Shown: piece after piece, positions 33,946 through 50,360 of the stretch
Position numbering within the stretch: the stretch's first letter is position 1
Layout: every line of letters starts with the position of its first letter
Assembly (NCBI RefSeq): GCF_009914755.1
Contig: NC_060930.1
Source of the DNA: the human T2T-CHM13v2.0 reference genome, Homo sapiens
Length of the DNA: 64,000 nucleotides
Reading direction: 5' to 3' (one strand)
Program-made: the position numbers and the translations under genes
The notes under the pieces: generated by a model
Seen by the model: the letters and a program-made list of their open reading frames with translations, nothing else
Told to the model about the DNA's origin: nothing
Databases searched by the model: none

Positions 33946-34406
33946 GTACTATAGTTAAATTATGAGAAAATCCTGATTCTTTATAAGATGTGGCACTTTT
34001 TCTTTAAAATACGAGCTTTAAAATAATTTTCTCAGAAAAATAAGATGTATGATTATTTTCACACAACAGTGTTTCTCATCTAACGTAGATAGAAAACTTA
34101 AATGCAGTTCATAATAGCTTAATTGCACTTGTTATCAAGTTTTGTAACACTCCTGCCTCCCAAATTTCTTTTGAATTATACACGTAGGTCCAGAACCATT
34201 GACCCTGAACAGGCAATTTATAAATGTTTGTTAAATGTTGGCAATCCATCTTCCCCTCCATGATTTTCAGTTTTTCAATTTAAATGTAACAGAAATGAGT
34301 TAAGCTATGTAAAATCGATGGCCTTTTGCATTTGGCTGGGGCCCACATAAATTCAGCACAAAGATTTCTCTAAAGTTCTAAAAGGTTTAAAATGTACAAC
34401 AGAATT

Positions 34407-34701
34407 GGCCGGGCGCGGTGGCTCACGCCTGTAATCCCAGCACTTTGGGAGGCCGAGACAGGCGGATCATGAGGTCAGGAGATTGAGACCATCCTGGCTA
34501 ACATGGTGAAACCCAGTCTCTACTAAAAATACAAAAAATGAGCCTGGCGTGGTGGTGGGCGCCTGTAGTCTCAGCTGCTTGGGAGGCTGAGGCAGGAGAA
34601 TGGCGTGAACCCAAGAGGCGGAGCTTTCAGTGAGCTGAGATCGCGCCACTGCACTCTCGCCTGGATGACAGAGCGAGACTCCGTCTCAAAAAAAAAAAAA
34701 A
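34407..34701 (+). mobile_element. AluY with 18-bp TSD
   Basis: ACCATCCTGGCTAAC and GAATGGCGTGAACCC diagnostics; AAAATGTACAACAGAATT at 34389-34406 and 34702-34719; TT/AAAA target. Confidence 0.95.
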
Positions 34702-35329
34702 AAAATGTACAACAGAATTAAGTTGATTATTCCACAATTACTAAGCTACTGAAAGTATTTTAATGAGACTTCCATTGCAGCTCTTTCTTTTAGGTTTTGC
34801 CTAAGACCTTGGATTTGTCCTTTTTGAAGATAAATGGTAAACGGTAGGAGTTGTGGTGAGCTAGTATCATGAAGAGGCAGAATCCTAGGTAAGGTTATCG
34901 CCTGGCTTAAAATTATTTATTTTTCCCTCTATTAGTCTATCTATTATGCACTCATTATCCATCAGGCCAGATTCTAGGTTAGGCTATGAATGGTCAGCTC
35001 TGCTTGCAACCATATTTGCTAGCCAGAGATAACCTCAAAGGTCTTCTCTTAAATCCTCCATGATAAGACTGAAAGAACCTGGAGTTAAATTTCCTAAGTT
35101 GGAGTTAGGAAACTCCAGTGTAGTTTCATCACTAAGTGATTGCACAACCTTAGATACATCAAATAAGTTCTCTAGATTTGTGGGTTTATGTTTCTCTTTT
35201 ATTTGAAATGGGTAATCAATGACTTTAATTACTAGTAGGAGAATTATAATCTTAGTGGTAATAATAGTGGCCATATATTGTGTCCCTAATTTGTGCCAGG
35301 TGCTGTGCTATGTGTCTTATATTTAACTT

Positions 35330-37400
<2,071 letters not shown>

Positions 37401-38107
37401 AAGCTGACACTCGTTTTTTATGCTAACATTTATAGAATTTATTATCCTATGCTTCATGTCTTCTATATATTATCTCATTTAACCTTCACAGCAAACTTAT
37501 GAGAGATGTCCAAACACACAAAACTATTACTAAGTAATACATGTTTAACATTAAGCCATTCATGTTTCTCTCCTAGATTTCTTATTCAGAATAGAGGAAG
37601 ATGCGTTCACTAAATCAAGCCTTACATTGCATAGAAAAGTCTAACCATAAAAATGTTTATTTGCCTTTCAAAACATTTTCTTTCTTGGTGAATAAACAGT
37701 TGCCAAAAAAAAAAAAAAAAAAAAAAGAAAGAAAGATAAAAGGTTTGGATCAAAACATCCAAGCCAGTGGCTCCATGCAGACCCAGCCTAAGGATTGTGA
37801 GCTAAGTAAGTATTTGAAAGGAAATGTATTTGTAACTAAAGTTAACATTCAGAATACTCTACATTTAAGGTATTTGACGTAGTATTTTCCTACCATATAA
37901 TCGTATTATTCTTTTTTGATGATTGGTATTGTTTTCTTAGACATTTGAAACATAAATGAGTATATAAATTGATAAAAGATGTGCCTAACTTTTTAGAGTT
38001 TCATTTTAACTGTTCTTTTTAGAATAGTAAGTCAAGCACAGTTAAGTCAGGTTTTAAAAAATATATAAGGCTATAATTACCAGGATCTCATGGCTCAAAA
38101 AATTCAT

Positions 38108-38221
38108 TCATATATACTATGTGTGTATATATGACATATTTGTATGTGTATATATATATATATATATACATATTCTTTAAAATATGTGTGTGTACATATA
38201 TTGCATGTGTATATATATATA
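38108..38221. repeat. (TA)n/(TG)n microsatellite
   Basis: Directly visible in the sequence. Confidence 0.85.
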
Positions 38222-38576
38222 ATTACTCAGTTACAATCAATGTGACCTCTAAAGCTTAAAAAATATCCAATAAACAATAACTATATATTTACTGTATGAA
38301 GATAGCAGCCTTAACATGGAACTAATTCTGTGGTTACTCTGTGATTTAAATGTGAAATTAGGAGAACAAGAAGCAATAATCATTTGAACATTTTCTTTTA
38401 ACCTGTTTTGCACACAAGCTATTCATAAGCAACTTTCAACTCTAAATATATCTAAGTTTTGAATGTAAGCAAAGGCACATTTTAGAAATTTTTAAAAGTT
38501 GAAATTAAATAAAGTCATAGTTTAAATAACATAGTATTTTAGTATTAATTAACTGTAATTGATAACTGTTTTAAAA

Positions 38577-38872
38577 TTTTTCTTTTTAAGAGACAGGGTC
38601 TTGCTCTGTCACCCAGGCTGGAGTGCTGTGGCACTACCTTGGCTCACTGCAGCCTCAAACTCCTGGGCTCAAATGATCCTCCCACCTCAGCCTCCTGAAG
38701 AGCTGGGACTACAGGCACATGCCATCATGCCTAGCTAATTTTTGTATTCTTTTTGTAGAGACAGGATCTCACTTTATTGTAGGCTGTTTTCGAACTCCTT
38801 GGCTCAAGTGATACTCCTGCCTTGGCCTCCCAGAGTGCTGGGATTACAGGTGTGAGCTATCACACACAGCCT
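38577..38872 (-). mobile_element. AluJ
   Basis: Full dimer; approximate TSD tttaaaattt. Confidence 0.9.
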
Positions 38873-41800
38873 CTTTAAAATTTAACTATTTAGTATTTAA
38901 CTATTGAAATGAAAATACAATTTGACTATTTACTGAATCTAAAATACAATTAAAATTGCAGAACGACAGAAGCGTACCTTGAATTTGTTCAACATAATAT
39001 ATAGTTATCCTTTGGTAACTCAGTAACTGGAAATTGATGTATTTTTGAAGTCTAAGAAAAGGTTACATTTGCATTTCTTAAAATTCAGAACCATAAGATA
39101 TTTTGGTAGCCTATATAATATGTGCTTTACTTGACTACATTAATAATGCCTCTTCTTTCTCAGCTTACTTCTTGGCATGTCCACACCCCTTTCCATATTC
39201 CCTTCTGTTCACATTTGTAAACAGGCATCTACTGAACGGGTTGTAGCCCTTACTTGTTTCTTCAAAGGACAAAAATATAACATGTAAGAGACTGAATTTC
39301 TTAGTTTTTTTCAGAACTCTTCCTCATTTGTTTTTACAAGATAGCCTGATTTCATTTCACCCTAGAATGTTCAGGAATAAACACAGGTCTTGTGCTAAGT
39401 CTTCATGGCTGGATCAGGGTACTAAAAGCACTGAATTACACCAGACCACACACAGGCCAATGTAATGATTAGAAAAGTTACCAAATGGAAAGAATAAAGT
39501 CCTGCTTTAGAATAATTATGGGGAGTAAGGAAAGTTGATATCTAATTTTATCTCTATTACTAATTACCCTTGTTTTGGCAAAAGCAACTTTATAATTTTG
39601 TCTTTTTGTTGAGAAAATATATAGAGAAAGTGCCAATTTTAGATTTGCAGCTTCTGATGCTGGATCTAAGAACCTGATCCATGCAGAGGGCAAGGATCTG
39701 CTATGAAACTCGGTTAAAATGTGGCCTCCTCTGTTAGTGTGGTACATCCCGAAGAGTGTTCCAGAATCTTTAGATTATTACCTCCAAGTTATAGTCGAAT
39801 ACAGTAGTCGAAGCTTTAAAAATCATTACTTAGAAAATGTTTCCCAAACCATCTTGACTTTCTTTGTCTCATAACATTTTTTAAATGCCTATGATTTCAT
39901 GTTTTAGTGAGGTAACATCATGCAGCATATAGCTAGCCTGACGTAAATGTTATTGACGTTTATTTAGAAAAGATAAATTAAATTCTGAAGAACTCATAAA
40001 AAAGTTTATAACTTTTAGTACTCACAAAGATTAAAGGTTATTATCAAATTATTATTAAGTATTAATGACATTTTCCCATTAAAAAATTTAGGATGTAAAT
40101 AATTTGTGGATAAATGTATTTGTATATATGTGTGATATTTTTATCCTTAATTATAATACATATTTGTGTGTGCATACATAGATACATACCAAACATGTCT
40201 GTACATCACTAGAATCACTTTCTTGTAAAATGTAAGCTAACTTTCATCCAAACTTCAAGGGAAAAATAATGTGGGCTTTTTTGATAGAGAACGAATTGTT
40301 TCTCTAATAATTTCTCATGTAAAATTACCTCAAAATGAAATACAATGCACACATTAGTTTTGTTGTTACGGTTTTTAACAGAATAGCTGATCTTTTTGGT
40401 CCTCAGGTTCTTCAAGTGAGAACTAAAGAGAGGTGAATATCAAATAAGCTCCAAAGATCCTTTTGGCTTTTCTGATTCTAGTGTTTAACCCTGGGTATAG
40501 TTTTGGTTCCATAATTAAGCACTTACATCAATAAGAGAAAAAATAAAGAGGAACCATAAGAAAGAATGGCGCAACTTGGTAAGGTGCAGATGGGAGTCAA
40601 TGCTCTAAGGGAAACTCACTTAGTCATACCAGTGGAAATAGCAACCAGCTCAACTAGCTGCAAGTGCATGAAAGGAAGTATGGGGTTGGGTTCTTATTTA
40701 GCAGTAATGACTTATCTTACCATGTTTACCATGGTACACAAATCAGCAGGTGATATAATTACTTTAGTATTCTATTCAATAGTTCCAGGTGTATTTGAAA
40801 GCCAAAGACAGTTGCAAAATGGGATTATAGCAATGCAATTGCTAATTAATATGTAAAAGACATTGGTCTCTATCCATTTCTCATCTGCCCTATGCTTTCA
40901 TCATATGATGAACAGAGATAATTTGTATATACTTCTCCCTCAGTTTGTCAGAGAAAGTAGCCCTTATTCAAATTCTGTATCCAAAGATTGCTTGCATAGG
41001 AAAACCAATACATGTTGTATACAGTATTTATCAAATTAGATGCAGTATATGTAAAATGAAATGAAAAGTCGGGTTTCCCTAAGCTCAGATGTCAGTTCCA
41101 TATTTCACTATCAGGTTATTAAAAAGGGCTCAGGAAGGTGACAAAGTACAGATTTTATTACACTTACAGATCATTGTAAAGATTAAATGAAATAATGTAG
41201 TAAAGACAAATAGAGAACTATAAAACACTATACCCGCATAAGTATTGCTTAGGGATGGCTCATTTTTGGCTAGGGAGAAGTTAAGACAGCAATGTATATA
41301 GAAAAGGAAAAGAGATTCCACTAATAACTTGGTAGGCTGAGAAAATGTTTAGCTCTGGTCACTAAAACCAAAATCAGGATATTCCTGGGAGATTCATTCA
41401 CATCAGGATAAAATGGTACAATTACGCAACACTCATACAGTTACATTCTAAGGAAGCAAACAGCGTAGAGAAGATGGAACCTCATAACCTTCATAAATAA
41501 AAGTGAGACATCACTGTCTCTTTGAGGTCTTCTCTAACACAAGCATAGACCTAAGCACTCCCTTTCCATTGTACTGCCCAGGTCCTCATAGAACTTCAGC
41601 CAACTTACCACTCAGCACTCTTCTCTACAAAGCTCTCTTTATAAGAAGGCGGCTTCCTTTCTACTAGGATGCAAACTCTCCATTAATGTGTGTTAGAATG
41701 AGCTAAAACAGTATTTAAGCAATTCAGTAAAAGCCTCTGAAGACTCTGAGTTGTAGGCAGATGTAGGGGAACAGGCACAGGAAGTAGAGTAGGAAGACTG

Positions 41801-42169
41801 AGCGCTGCTGGCTCCTACTGTGTGCTCTGTGAGAATGTGATCAATAACTAAATATAGAGAAGATTGTACTAACTCACCAAAACAAAAAAGCAAATATAAG
41901 AGTAATACCAGTTTCCTTGCAGATATGTTAAGAAGAACAAGTAAGGGGAAAAAAACAGAGAAAAGATAATGTCTGAAATATAGTAACAGCCCAACATATA
42001 TTAACCTTTTATTTCTATCTTGTGATTCTTAGGGCAGTAATATCACAAAAGAGAAGTCTCAGAAGGATAAATCTTCAAACTACAGTATTGTGGTTGAACC
42101 TAAAATAAAATAAGCAAGCATGGAGATTTAAAAAATCTATTATTTTTAGTTAAACACTGGTAGCCTCTT

Positions 42170-42340
42170 TGTTCCTTCAATATATACTTATTGAGCACCT
42201 AGTATAGGCCAGTCATGGGGCTGAGAAAGGAAATTATGCTAACCAGAAGCAAACCAAAGCAAGTACACAAACAACAAAACCAAGAAGAAAACAAATGAAA
42301 ACATGGTCCTTCACCTCACAGGGCTTACAGACTGATTACT
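42170..42340 (-). mobile_element. L2 fragment
   Basis: ttattgagcacctagtataggccag...catggtccttcacctcacagggcttacag. Confidence 0.55.
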
Positions 42341-42811
42341 TTTAGATGTACAATAAATATTGTACAGATATTATGACTATCACTATGAAAAGTTTATTCT
42401 AAAATAATTTCAATGAGTTTATGCTAGAAATCAGACAACTGCAAGATAGGTATCATAACTTATATACTATATTGAGGAGTGTGTAAAGTTAACATCTTTC
42501 TAAAGTTGCACAAGGAAGCCAGACTATATTAAGGTTATGGATTTTAAGTGTCTCAAAGAGACTGCCACAGATTATCTAAAATATCTAAAGAAAATATTCC
42601 TACCCATCTTGAGTTAGTGTTCAGTTAGATACTAGCCATGATGAATTTTAAGCCTGAAGGCAAATCAGATTATGCCTCCAAGTCTCTAATCAGAATTTGG
42701 AAAAAGTTCAATTTTGAGAATTTAACTGGCTGAATCTCAGCTAATATATGTGTGTCTGAGGCATCTTTGGGGATGACCCCAATGGAAGTATTAATATTGA
42801 TTTGAATATAT

Positions 42812-43248
42812 GTATATTAGTCAGGGGCTTGGAGGGAAACAGCATAGTTAAACTGTGTAACTGAAGAAGAGCTTAATACAGGAACTGTTTATAAAAATGT
42901 GGGGAAGGCTTTAGGGAAATGACCAGGGAGATTGTGGTGCCTCCTCACCATCCTACCTCCTCCTCCTCCAACAGCAGCATGAAACCATTACTAAACCTAG
43001 GCCTAGAGGATTAAGGGGGAATTAGCTGTTACCTGAAGCTGGAGGCTAGAGAAGCCCACCTGATAGGGATACAACCAACCCTGTACATTCATCCCACTCT
43101 CAGAGCTCCCCAGTCCCCTCCCACAGGCCAAAATCAACCAGAAGTCAGAGGGCAAGAGAGATCCAAAGAGACTAGCCTCCTGGAACACAGAAAAGAACAA
43201 AGGGTGAAAAAAGGATCTAGAGAGAGAAAGAGAAGACATTTAGTGTCA
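42812..43248 (-). mobile_element. Old MaLR-type (MLT1) LTR
   Basis: tgtatattagtcaggg...aaccagaagtcagagggcaag...ggatctagag. Confidence 0.6.
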
Positions 43249-43469
43249 TATAAGTCTTTAGAATTATCAAGAACAGCCTCACCAGGGCCATTTTCCACTT
43301 AAAACACTTAAAGCAGAATGTTTTTAGTCCTCTTTAAAAGTAGTTCTGTTCAGACTATTTAAAAACATAAATGGTGGGAGGTGTCCAGCACCAGATAAAC
43401 ACTATGGTCCAATGATGAAAATTGTAATTCCAGATTCAGAGACTTAATTTAAGAAAGGACAACACCAAT

Positions 43470-43720
43470 AATAACAGTAACAAGAACATAAATTAGCATT
43501 TGTTGAATACAACATGAAATTTCTGACACTTTACATTATTTTTACAAAACTGTTAGTTCTACTAACCCTTGTAAAAACCTTGTTAGGTGATGTCAGTGTT
43601 TTATTATTTTTAATAGATATTTTACAGATAAGAAATCTGTAGTTGAGAACAGCTAAGTGACAAAAATGGGATTTGAACAAATCTATCAGACAATAACTCC
43701 TGTCTCCACCGTAGTCCACA
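43470..43720 (-). mobile_element. MIR
   Basis: attttacagataagaaatctg...gggatttgaac. Confidence 0.6.
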
Positions 43721-44029
43721 GCTAGTAGACAACTTTTCCCATTTTCCTTAGGACACTAATATTTAATAGTTTGCTCATGGAAGCTAATATTTAAATATGT
43801 AAAATTCAGTAATTTGACCAATCAACATCCAGCATGCTAGAGGACTTACACAGAATTAGTTTAATATAGTTTCTATGGAGTATTTAAAGTCTCTGATAAA
43901 TTTCTGTTAAGTATTTCTATGTAAACATGTTTTGTTTTTGGTGTAGGGTAAGAATTTTTCATATGGTTTATAACAGATGTACTCTTAAAATGCATTACTA
44001 AGACTTTCATTAAATTCAAAGTTTTCAGT

Positions 44030-44225
44030 TGATGGATTAGACCTGACACTGTTATGTGACTTTGTGCTAGGTAACTGATGTCTCTTACCTTCAATCTCCC
44101 AATTTTTAATATGGATGTAATGATACCTGCACTTCAGGAGTGTGTATGGACCATATTAAGCTATGTATACAAAGTGTCTGGTACTGTTTATTATCAGACT
44201 CTCAAGAAATATTCATTTGTATCCT
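44030..44225 (+). mobile_element. MIR
   Basis: tgtgactttg...atggatgtaatgatacctgcacttcagg...aaagtgtctgg. Confidence 0.55.
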
Positions 44226-44649
44226 CACTGTTTTATGTCCAAAAGGTTGTATGGAGAGGTAATCTGAAAAGTACTAGCACTCTGACTCCTTACTAGGTAA
44301 GGATGGAGGTGGAGCTTAGTTGCGAATTGTTACCAACTCAACTGGATGCCAATGCCATTCATGTACAGACTCTGATTACTTCCCTACCTCCATCAATATT
44401 TATAACATGTATTTTAAAAATGTGTTTAGTTAATGTATTGCCACAGTCGTAGGTATGAATTAGAAGGGAAAAATTATCCAAAACCGTATTTATTTTAGTG
44501 ACACTGTGACCTGATAAAGGTAAATAGTTATTACAGATTGTGAAGTAACTGTGGGTAGAAAACTCACTTTCCGTTTTAATTTGCTTCTCTTAAAACACTT
44601 GAGTCTAGTATATTAGTAATTAACTAAGACAAAAAATGAAAAATAAAAA

Positions 44650-46170
44650 AGGTAAGTTAGAGGATTAATACAGTTCCAATATCCCAAAATGGATGTTCTG
44701 GAAGAGAAAGAAAAAAAAAAGAGGTGAAAAAACTATTGAAGAATCAATTCAAGAAAATTTCCCAGAAATGAAAAAATCGGATTTTTCAAACTGAATCTAC
44801 TATTATAATTCCTAGGCACAATGGATGAAAAGAGACCATACCAAGTCACATTCACTATTCATATTGAAAATCCAACAGAATTCTCAATGGTAGGGACACA
44901 GCATTGAATAAAAACAGATAACGCCCATGTTGTCATGAAGCTTATCGTTTAGTGGTCAGGAGGACAAATAATAAACAACTTGCAATGTCATAATAACTGC
45001 TATGCCAAATAAGAAGAGTAGGAAGGATCAGGTGAGGGGAGTTTGTGGATTACTTTATACAGGGTAATCAGGGCAGTACTCACGAACACCCCATGCAAAG
45101 GGAATAGGAAGTGCAAAGGTTCTGAGGCAAGACTTTGCTTGAACATGTTGGAGGAAAGGGAAGGAGCTAACACAGCTACAGTATACTAAGAATAAGGAGA
45201 GTGGCTGGGGATGAGATCAGAAAAGTAGCCAAGGTGGGGTGGGGGACATGTCATGTAAAAGATTCTAGACATATCATTGTGAAATTTCAAAATTCTGATG
45301 AACAGTAATACTAAAAACAGGGATAAGAAAAAATGAGGTCACAGGTAAAGCTTAAAAAGTTACATTGCCATTTCATTCTAACTGTTTAAGTTATAATAAT
45401 TCTAAACACCAGAAAATAATGAAAAAATGCCTTCATAATCTGAGGAAAAATAATTTCAAACCTAAAAGTTTTCACACACAGCCAAACTGTCAACAACCTG
45501 TGAAGGTAGATTAAGGTAGTTTAAGACATGCAAAATATATAAAAATTCACCACTCATGGACTCTTTCTCAGGAAGTAGAGGATGTGTTCCAGCAAAATAA
45601 GGCAATAAATCCAAGTAAGAAGATGACTTTTCATTGGTTTATGCCTAAGAAGTAAGATAGGACATAGGGGGTCCCAAACAGAATAGAGGAAGTCCCCAAG
45701 ATGTAAGGGTAGATCCCAGGATGGATGTGCAGGAAGCTTAAAGAGCAACTTCCAAAGCAAGCAGACAGAAGAATCTAGGAGAGGTATTCCCCAAAAAGAT
45801 GATATTGTGGGAAATACTTATTTTATTTATATTGACAAGAGAGTCGCACTCAGAGCTGGATATGAATTACTGGTACATAGAAAACTAAACAAAGGAATAA
45901 GATAATTATTGTGAGGAAAATAAAACAAAATTATAAGAAAATGCAAATATAGTACCATACACAATTCAGCTATGAATTCAGGTGATTTCAGAGCCAAAAC
46001 GATGACCAATAAATTAACTGAAAATTATGATATAATTGTATTAGAAAGCTTTGGTAGGAGTGGCTGCAGTGGAAGGGGGTAAGAAATGGAGGGAGAAAAG
46101 AAAAGATGCAGAAAAAAAAAGAAAAGAAGAGACTATGAAAGTAGATGAACATAATGATAAGATAGAAATA
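44650..46170 (+). mobile_element. Old L1M ORF1-region fragments, interrupted by an L2 piece (~44880-45270)
   Basis: aagaaaatttcccagaaatg...ctgaggaaaaataatttcaaaccta...gccaaactgtca. Confidence 0.5.
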
Positions 46171-46173
46171 TAT

Positions 46174-46505
<332 letters not shown>

Positions 46506-46578
46506 GAAAGAAATATATGAGAATTTAAGATAAAATAAAAGGGGTAGTTTATTTCAGTAGGAAAACAGAATTAATTAA

Positions 46579-46624
46579 CCAGCCTGGGCAACAAGAGCGA
46601 AACTCAGTCTCAAAAAAAAAAAAA
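46579..46624 (+). mobile_element. Alu 3'-terminal fragment (~33 bp plus poly-A)
   Basis: ccagcctgggcaacaagagcgaaactcagtctc(A)13. Confidence 0.85.
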
Positions 46625-48319
46625 TACTAAGGAGTAGTTATATCTAGATAACAAAATCATATGTGATTTTTATTTTCTATACCTTTCTGTATTTTTCAAA
46701 TTCTCTACAATTAACTTTTCTTACTTTTACACTAATACAGTTATACAATTAATGCTTTTAAACTATCTCTTCAAGTTTAAAGGATAGGTTTAATCATGTA
46801 AATATTTTGTCACTGAGGAAATTTTAACTGGGGCTCATAGACTTTCTGAAATTATACGTAAAATGTTGTATTAGATGGGAAGGAATCCACAGTCTTGTTA
46901 GAGTCTTGACGACATCCATGACAAATCAATGAAAGATAAAATTAAAAAGAATAAAAACACCCTAAAAATATCCAGTTCATTTATAAAAACTACTCAAGTT
47001 TTACTTATGCTATGAATAGTCTCAAATTTATCTCCCTGGGCCCAAAGAGAAACTGCTAGCTGGCTTGTTCAGAGGGTACTCAAATTAATTCATCAAGGTC
47101 CTCCAAAAATCAAAGTACTTTCTTCTTTAGATAGGTTTTACTAGCATTAAAACACATATGACAAGTTGTAAAATCAAAATGGATGAAAAGAGCTGTGTGT
47201 CTAACACCCACCAACAGCTCACAATGCCTAATGATTAGAGTAGCTATTCATATTGAGAGCTATTCATGTTTTTTGTTTTTACATCATTTGTCATAATAAT
47301 CAGAAATGAATGATTTCCACTTCATCGTACCTAGAAACATTGAATAATATTGGTTAGTAAGTGACTGAGTCCACTTTTGGCTTTAAAACATGTACAAATA
47401 GCTATCTCATTATATGTAAACAGGAAAGACTCCTCTGGTTGTTATATTGTTTGAAGTATTAGGACTTCTTTAATTCTGTAATTTTTTTTAATAACATTAG
47501 GAGAAAACTATTTTTCAATATAAACAAGGCAAGTGAATACAGCACATAAAATACACATACACAATTTGAAGGAAATGATTTTGACAAAGTTTAAAGGTGT
47601 ATTATACCTTGGTATAAAAACTAAAACTTGATAAGGACTAATTTGGCAATTCATTAAATTATACTTTACTGGGTGTATATATTGCATGGCACTGATTTTT
47701 AAATAACTGAATAGTTATTAAAATCTTGGTATTATTTCAAAGTAGCATGTAACTAGATTTAATCATCAGATATTTCCAGGGAAAAATTATGTTTCTGTTC
47801 TTTAAGGTGTATTTTTAAATTAACATTCATTTCTCAAGGACATTGATTTGAAAGAGCTATTTCACTTCCCGTTAGTGCAAGGAAAAAGGATACCATTTAA
47901 ACTTTGGAAGGGCACAGAAAAAAAATAAACAAATCTGCTGAACATAATTTCCTCTTTATTGCTTTTGAAAAGTTATGAAATCAAATCTATTATTTAATTA
48001 CATTGGATCAAGAAACAGGAAGAAAAAGACGCATTTAAGTCACAACACTCCTAAAAGAATAAATTACTATACTTCCTTTGGGAAGAAAAGTGTTTTAATA
48101 TGTGGATGGGTATTGTCCAAACATTTCAAATCTACTTTGCTGAGGTGGTACGTGTGATAGGCTTTAAACAAAAAATCAAAACAAAATAGCAAAATGTCAA
48201 AATTGAAGGAATTAAAAAAACTGCTAGGATTGATTTCAGTATTTCTGTACTATTAAAGAATTTAATTTTTGCTCTCAAATCTGTTTCCATCACCTAACTT
48301 TAAAAAAATACAACTCCTG

Positions 48320-48632
48320 GGCCGGGCATGTAATCCAGCAATTTGAGAGGCTAAGGCTGGTGGATCACTCGAGGTCAAGAGTTCGAGACCAGCCAGGCCA
48401 ACACGGTGAAACCCTGTCTCTACTAAAAATACAAAATTTAGCTGGGCGTGGTGTTGGGCTCCTGTATTCCCAGCTACTTGGGAGGCTAAGGCAGGATAAT
48501 CGCTTGAACCTGGGAGGTGGAGGTTCCACTGCAGTGAGCCGAGATTGCACCACTGCACTCCAGCCTAGGCAACTAAGAGAGACTATGTCTCAAAAAAAGA
48601 AAAAAACAAAAACAAAAAACAAACAAAAAAAA
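48320..48632 (+). mobile_element. AluS with small 5' deletion
   Basis: ggccgggcatg|taatccagca lacks the gtggctcacgcctg segment. Confidence 0.88.
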
Positions 48633-48870
48633 CCCTCTGACCTAATCACAGCAAAAAAAAAAAATTTTTGCTAGATAAATAGGGTTTATCTTTGCTATGC
48701 TTGAATAAAATGCACAAGATGTTCCAGATTAGGACAACTGTTATACAAATAAGAATAAAGGCTTTCAGCTTTTTAAACTGGCAACAGGATTTTGCAGTTG
48801 GTCAGACTCTGTCAGGGGACTTATGGGATGAACAGTGATCACACAGTCACTGCCCTTATACCATCTGCAG

Positions 48871-49093
48871 CAGGGTTTGACAAACTTTTAATATAAAGGG
48901 CCAAATAATAAATATCATCAGCTTTTTAGGCCATATGCTGTTTCATCTATTCAACCCCAAGGTTGTGGCATGAAATCAACCATAAACAATACATAAGTGA
49001 ATGAGCATGGCTGTGTTCTGACAAAACTCTATTTACGAAAATAAGCAAAGGATGCCGTATTTGGCCCATGGGGCTGTAGTTTGCTGACCCCTG
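48871..49093. mobile_element. MER58A (hAT-Charlie MITE)
   Basis: TIRs cagggtttgacaaact and agtttgctgacccctg; internal gagcatggctgtgttc. Confidence 0.85.
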
Positions 49094-49839
49094 GTCTACT
49101 GTAGTGTGGGGAAAATATGAAAATTATATAGTGGGAGGAAAAATGCTATACTATAATGTAAAACAAAAACGAGCAGTACTGAACATGAACTTAGACTTTA
49201 TTGCAATCTACATTCGTACATGCAGATTAAGAATAGTCACAATAAGAAATAGTTGTTTGAAAGTTTTGACACAACTGTATGAAGTATTGTTAAGACAGCA
49301 TTCGGAAATGTTGACAGTTAATTGCAAATTATATACTTGCAAAGTCCTGTTTTCTCCTAATGCTTTCACCATTACCAACACAGAGTGGCTTTTCAAAAAC
49401 AAAAACAAACAAAAAAGCTTTTCAAAGAGAAATTCATACTCTTGAACAACACATTAAATATTCTGTTTTTACTGTTCTTATTTGCTCTCAAATAATAATA
49501 CTAATTACCAATAATCCTGTTGAATAACAGAGAAGCCCCACAACTTTAACATGTGTAATTAATTAAATATATTGAGGTTGATACGGAAATTCAGACAACA
49601 AACCCACAATATGTCACAAGTTTTTAACTTGTTAGTTTTAAACTGAATATTCTGTTTCCTTCTCTTGAGAGATTTGTCCCTCCCTTATATGTGAGGCCAA
49701 GTAATTGGACCCCAAGCTCTCAATGAGCAATTTATTTTTTCCATTTCAAAATCTTAGCAAACAAATCTCACCAGAGAACTGGTGGCTACTTTCTATCTTG
49801 TCCTAGAGAAGCAAGACTAAAGTGAGCTTTAGTTTTCAA

Positions 49840-50360
49840 TTCGTTTTCATTCATTTACTTAACCATACTTACTGAGTGCCCACTACACACTAAACACTGT
49901 GCTAGGAGCTAGGGTGCCATCGTGATAAAAACAGCAATATCCCTAGCTTCAAGGGGCTTCCATTACGTTAGGGAATAAATAAATAAATAAATGAAATATT
50001 TACAAGTCATAATAAGTAAAATAAAAAACTCAGTTCACTGAAACTGCACTTAAAGGCAGGGGAGACACCTACATTAGACAATGATGTCAAGGAATGCCTT
50101 TCTAAGTGGGTGACCTTTTAGCTGAGACTTAAAATCCAACGGATTAAAGGGCTCTGGTTATTCAAAGGGCATTCACTGGAGAGAGAGTGGTGGTGAGTAG
50201 CTACCAGGTACAGGGAAGAACATGTCCAAAGACTCCTGGACAGCAAATAACTTGGTCTATATGAGAAACTGAGAGATGACAATGGTGAAAGAGAAATAAG
50301 AATGAACAAGTGAGGACACAGAAAAAGGCAGTTGCCAACTGATGCAGGGCAGTGTTGGCT
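49840..50360 (-). mobile_element. L2
   Basis: ttcattcattt...actgagtgccc...actgtgctagg...gtgaccttttagctgagactt. Confidence 0.7.

Noticed and set aside
37691-37740. AATAAA followed by an A22 run as a retrocopy 3' end
   Set aside because: The signal is only ~8 nt from the run, and there is no TSD or recognisable body. A simple poly-A microsatellite is sufficient explanation.
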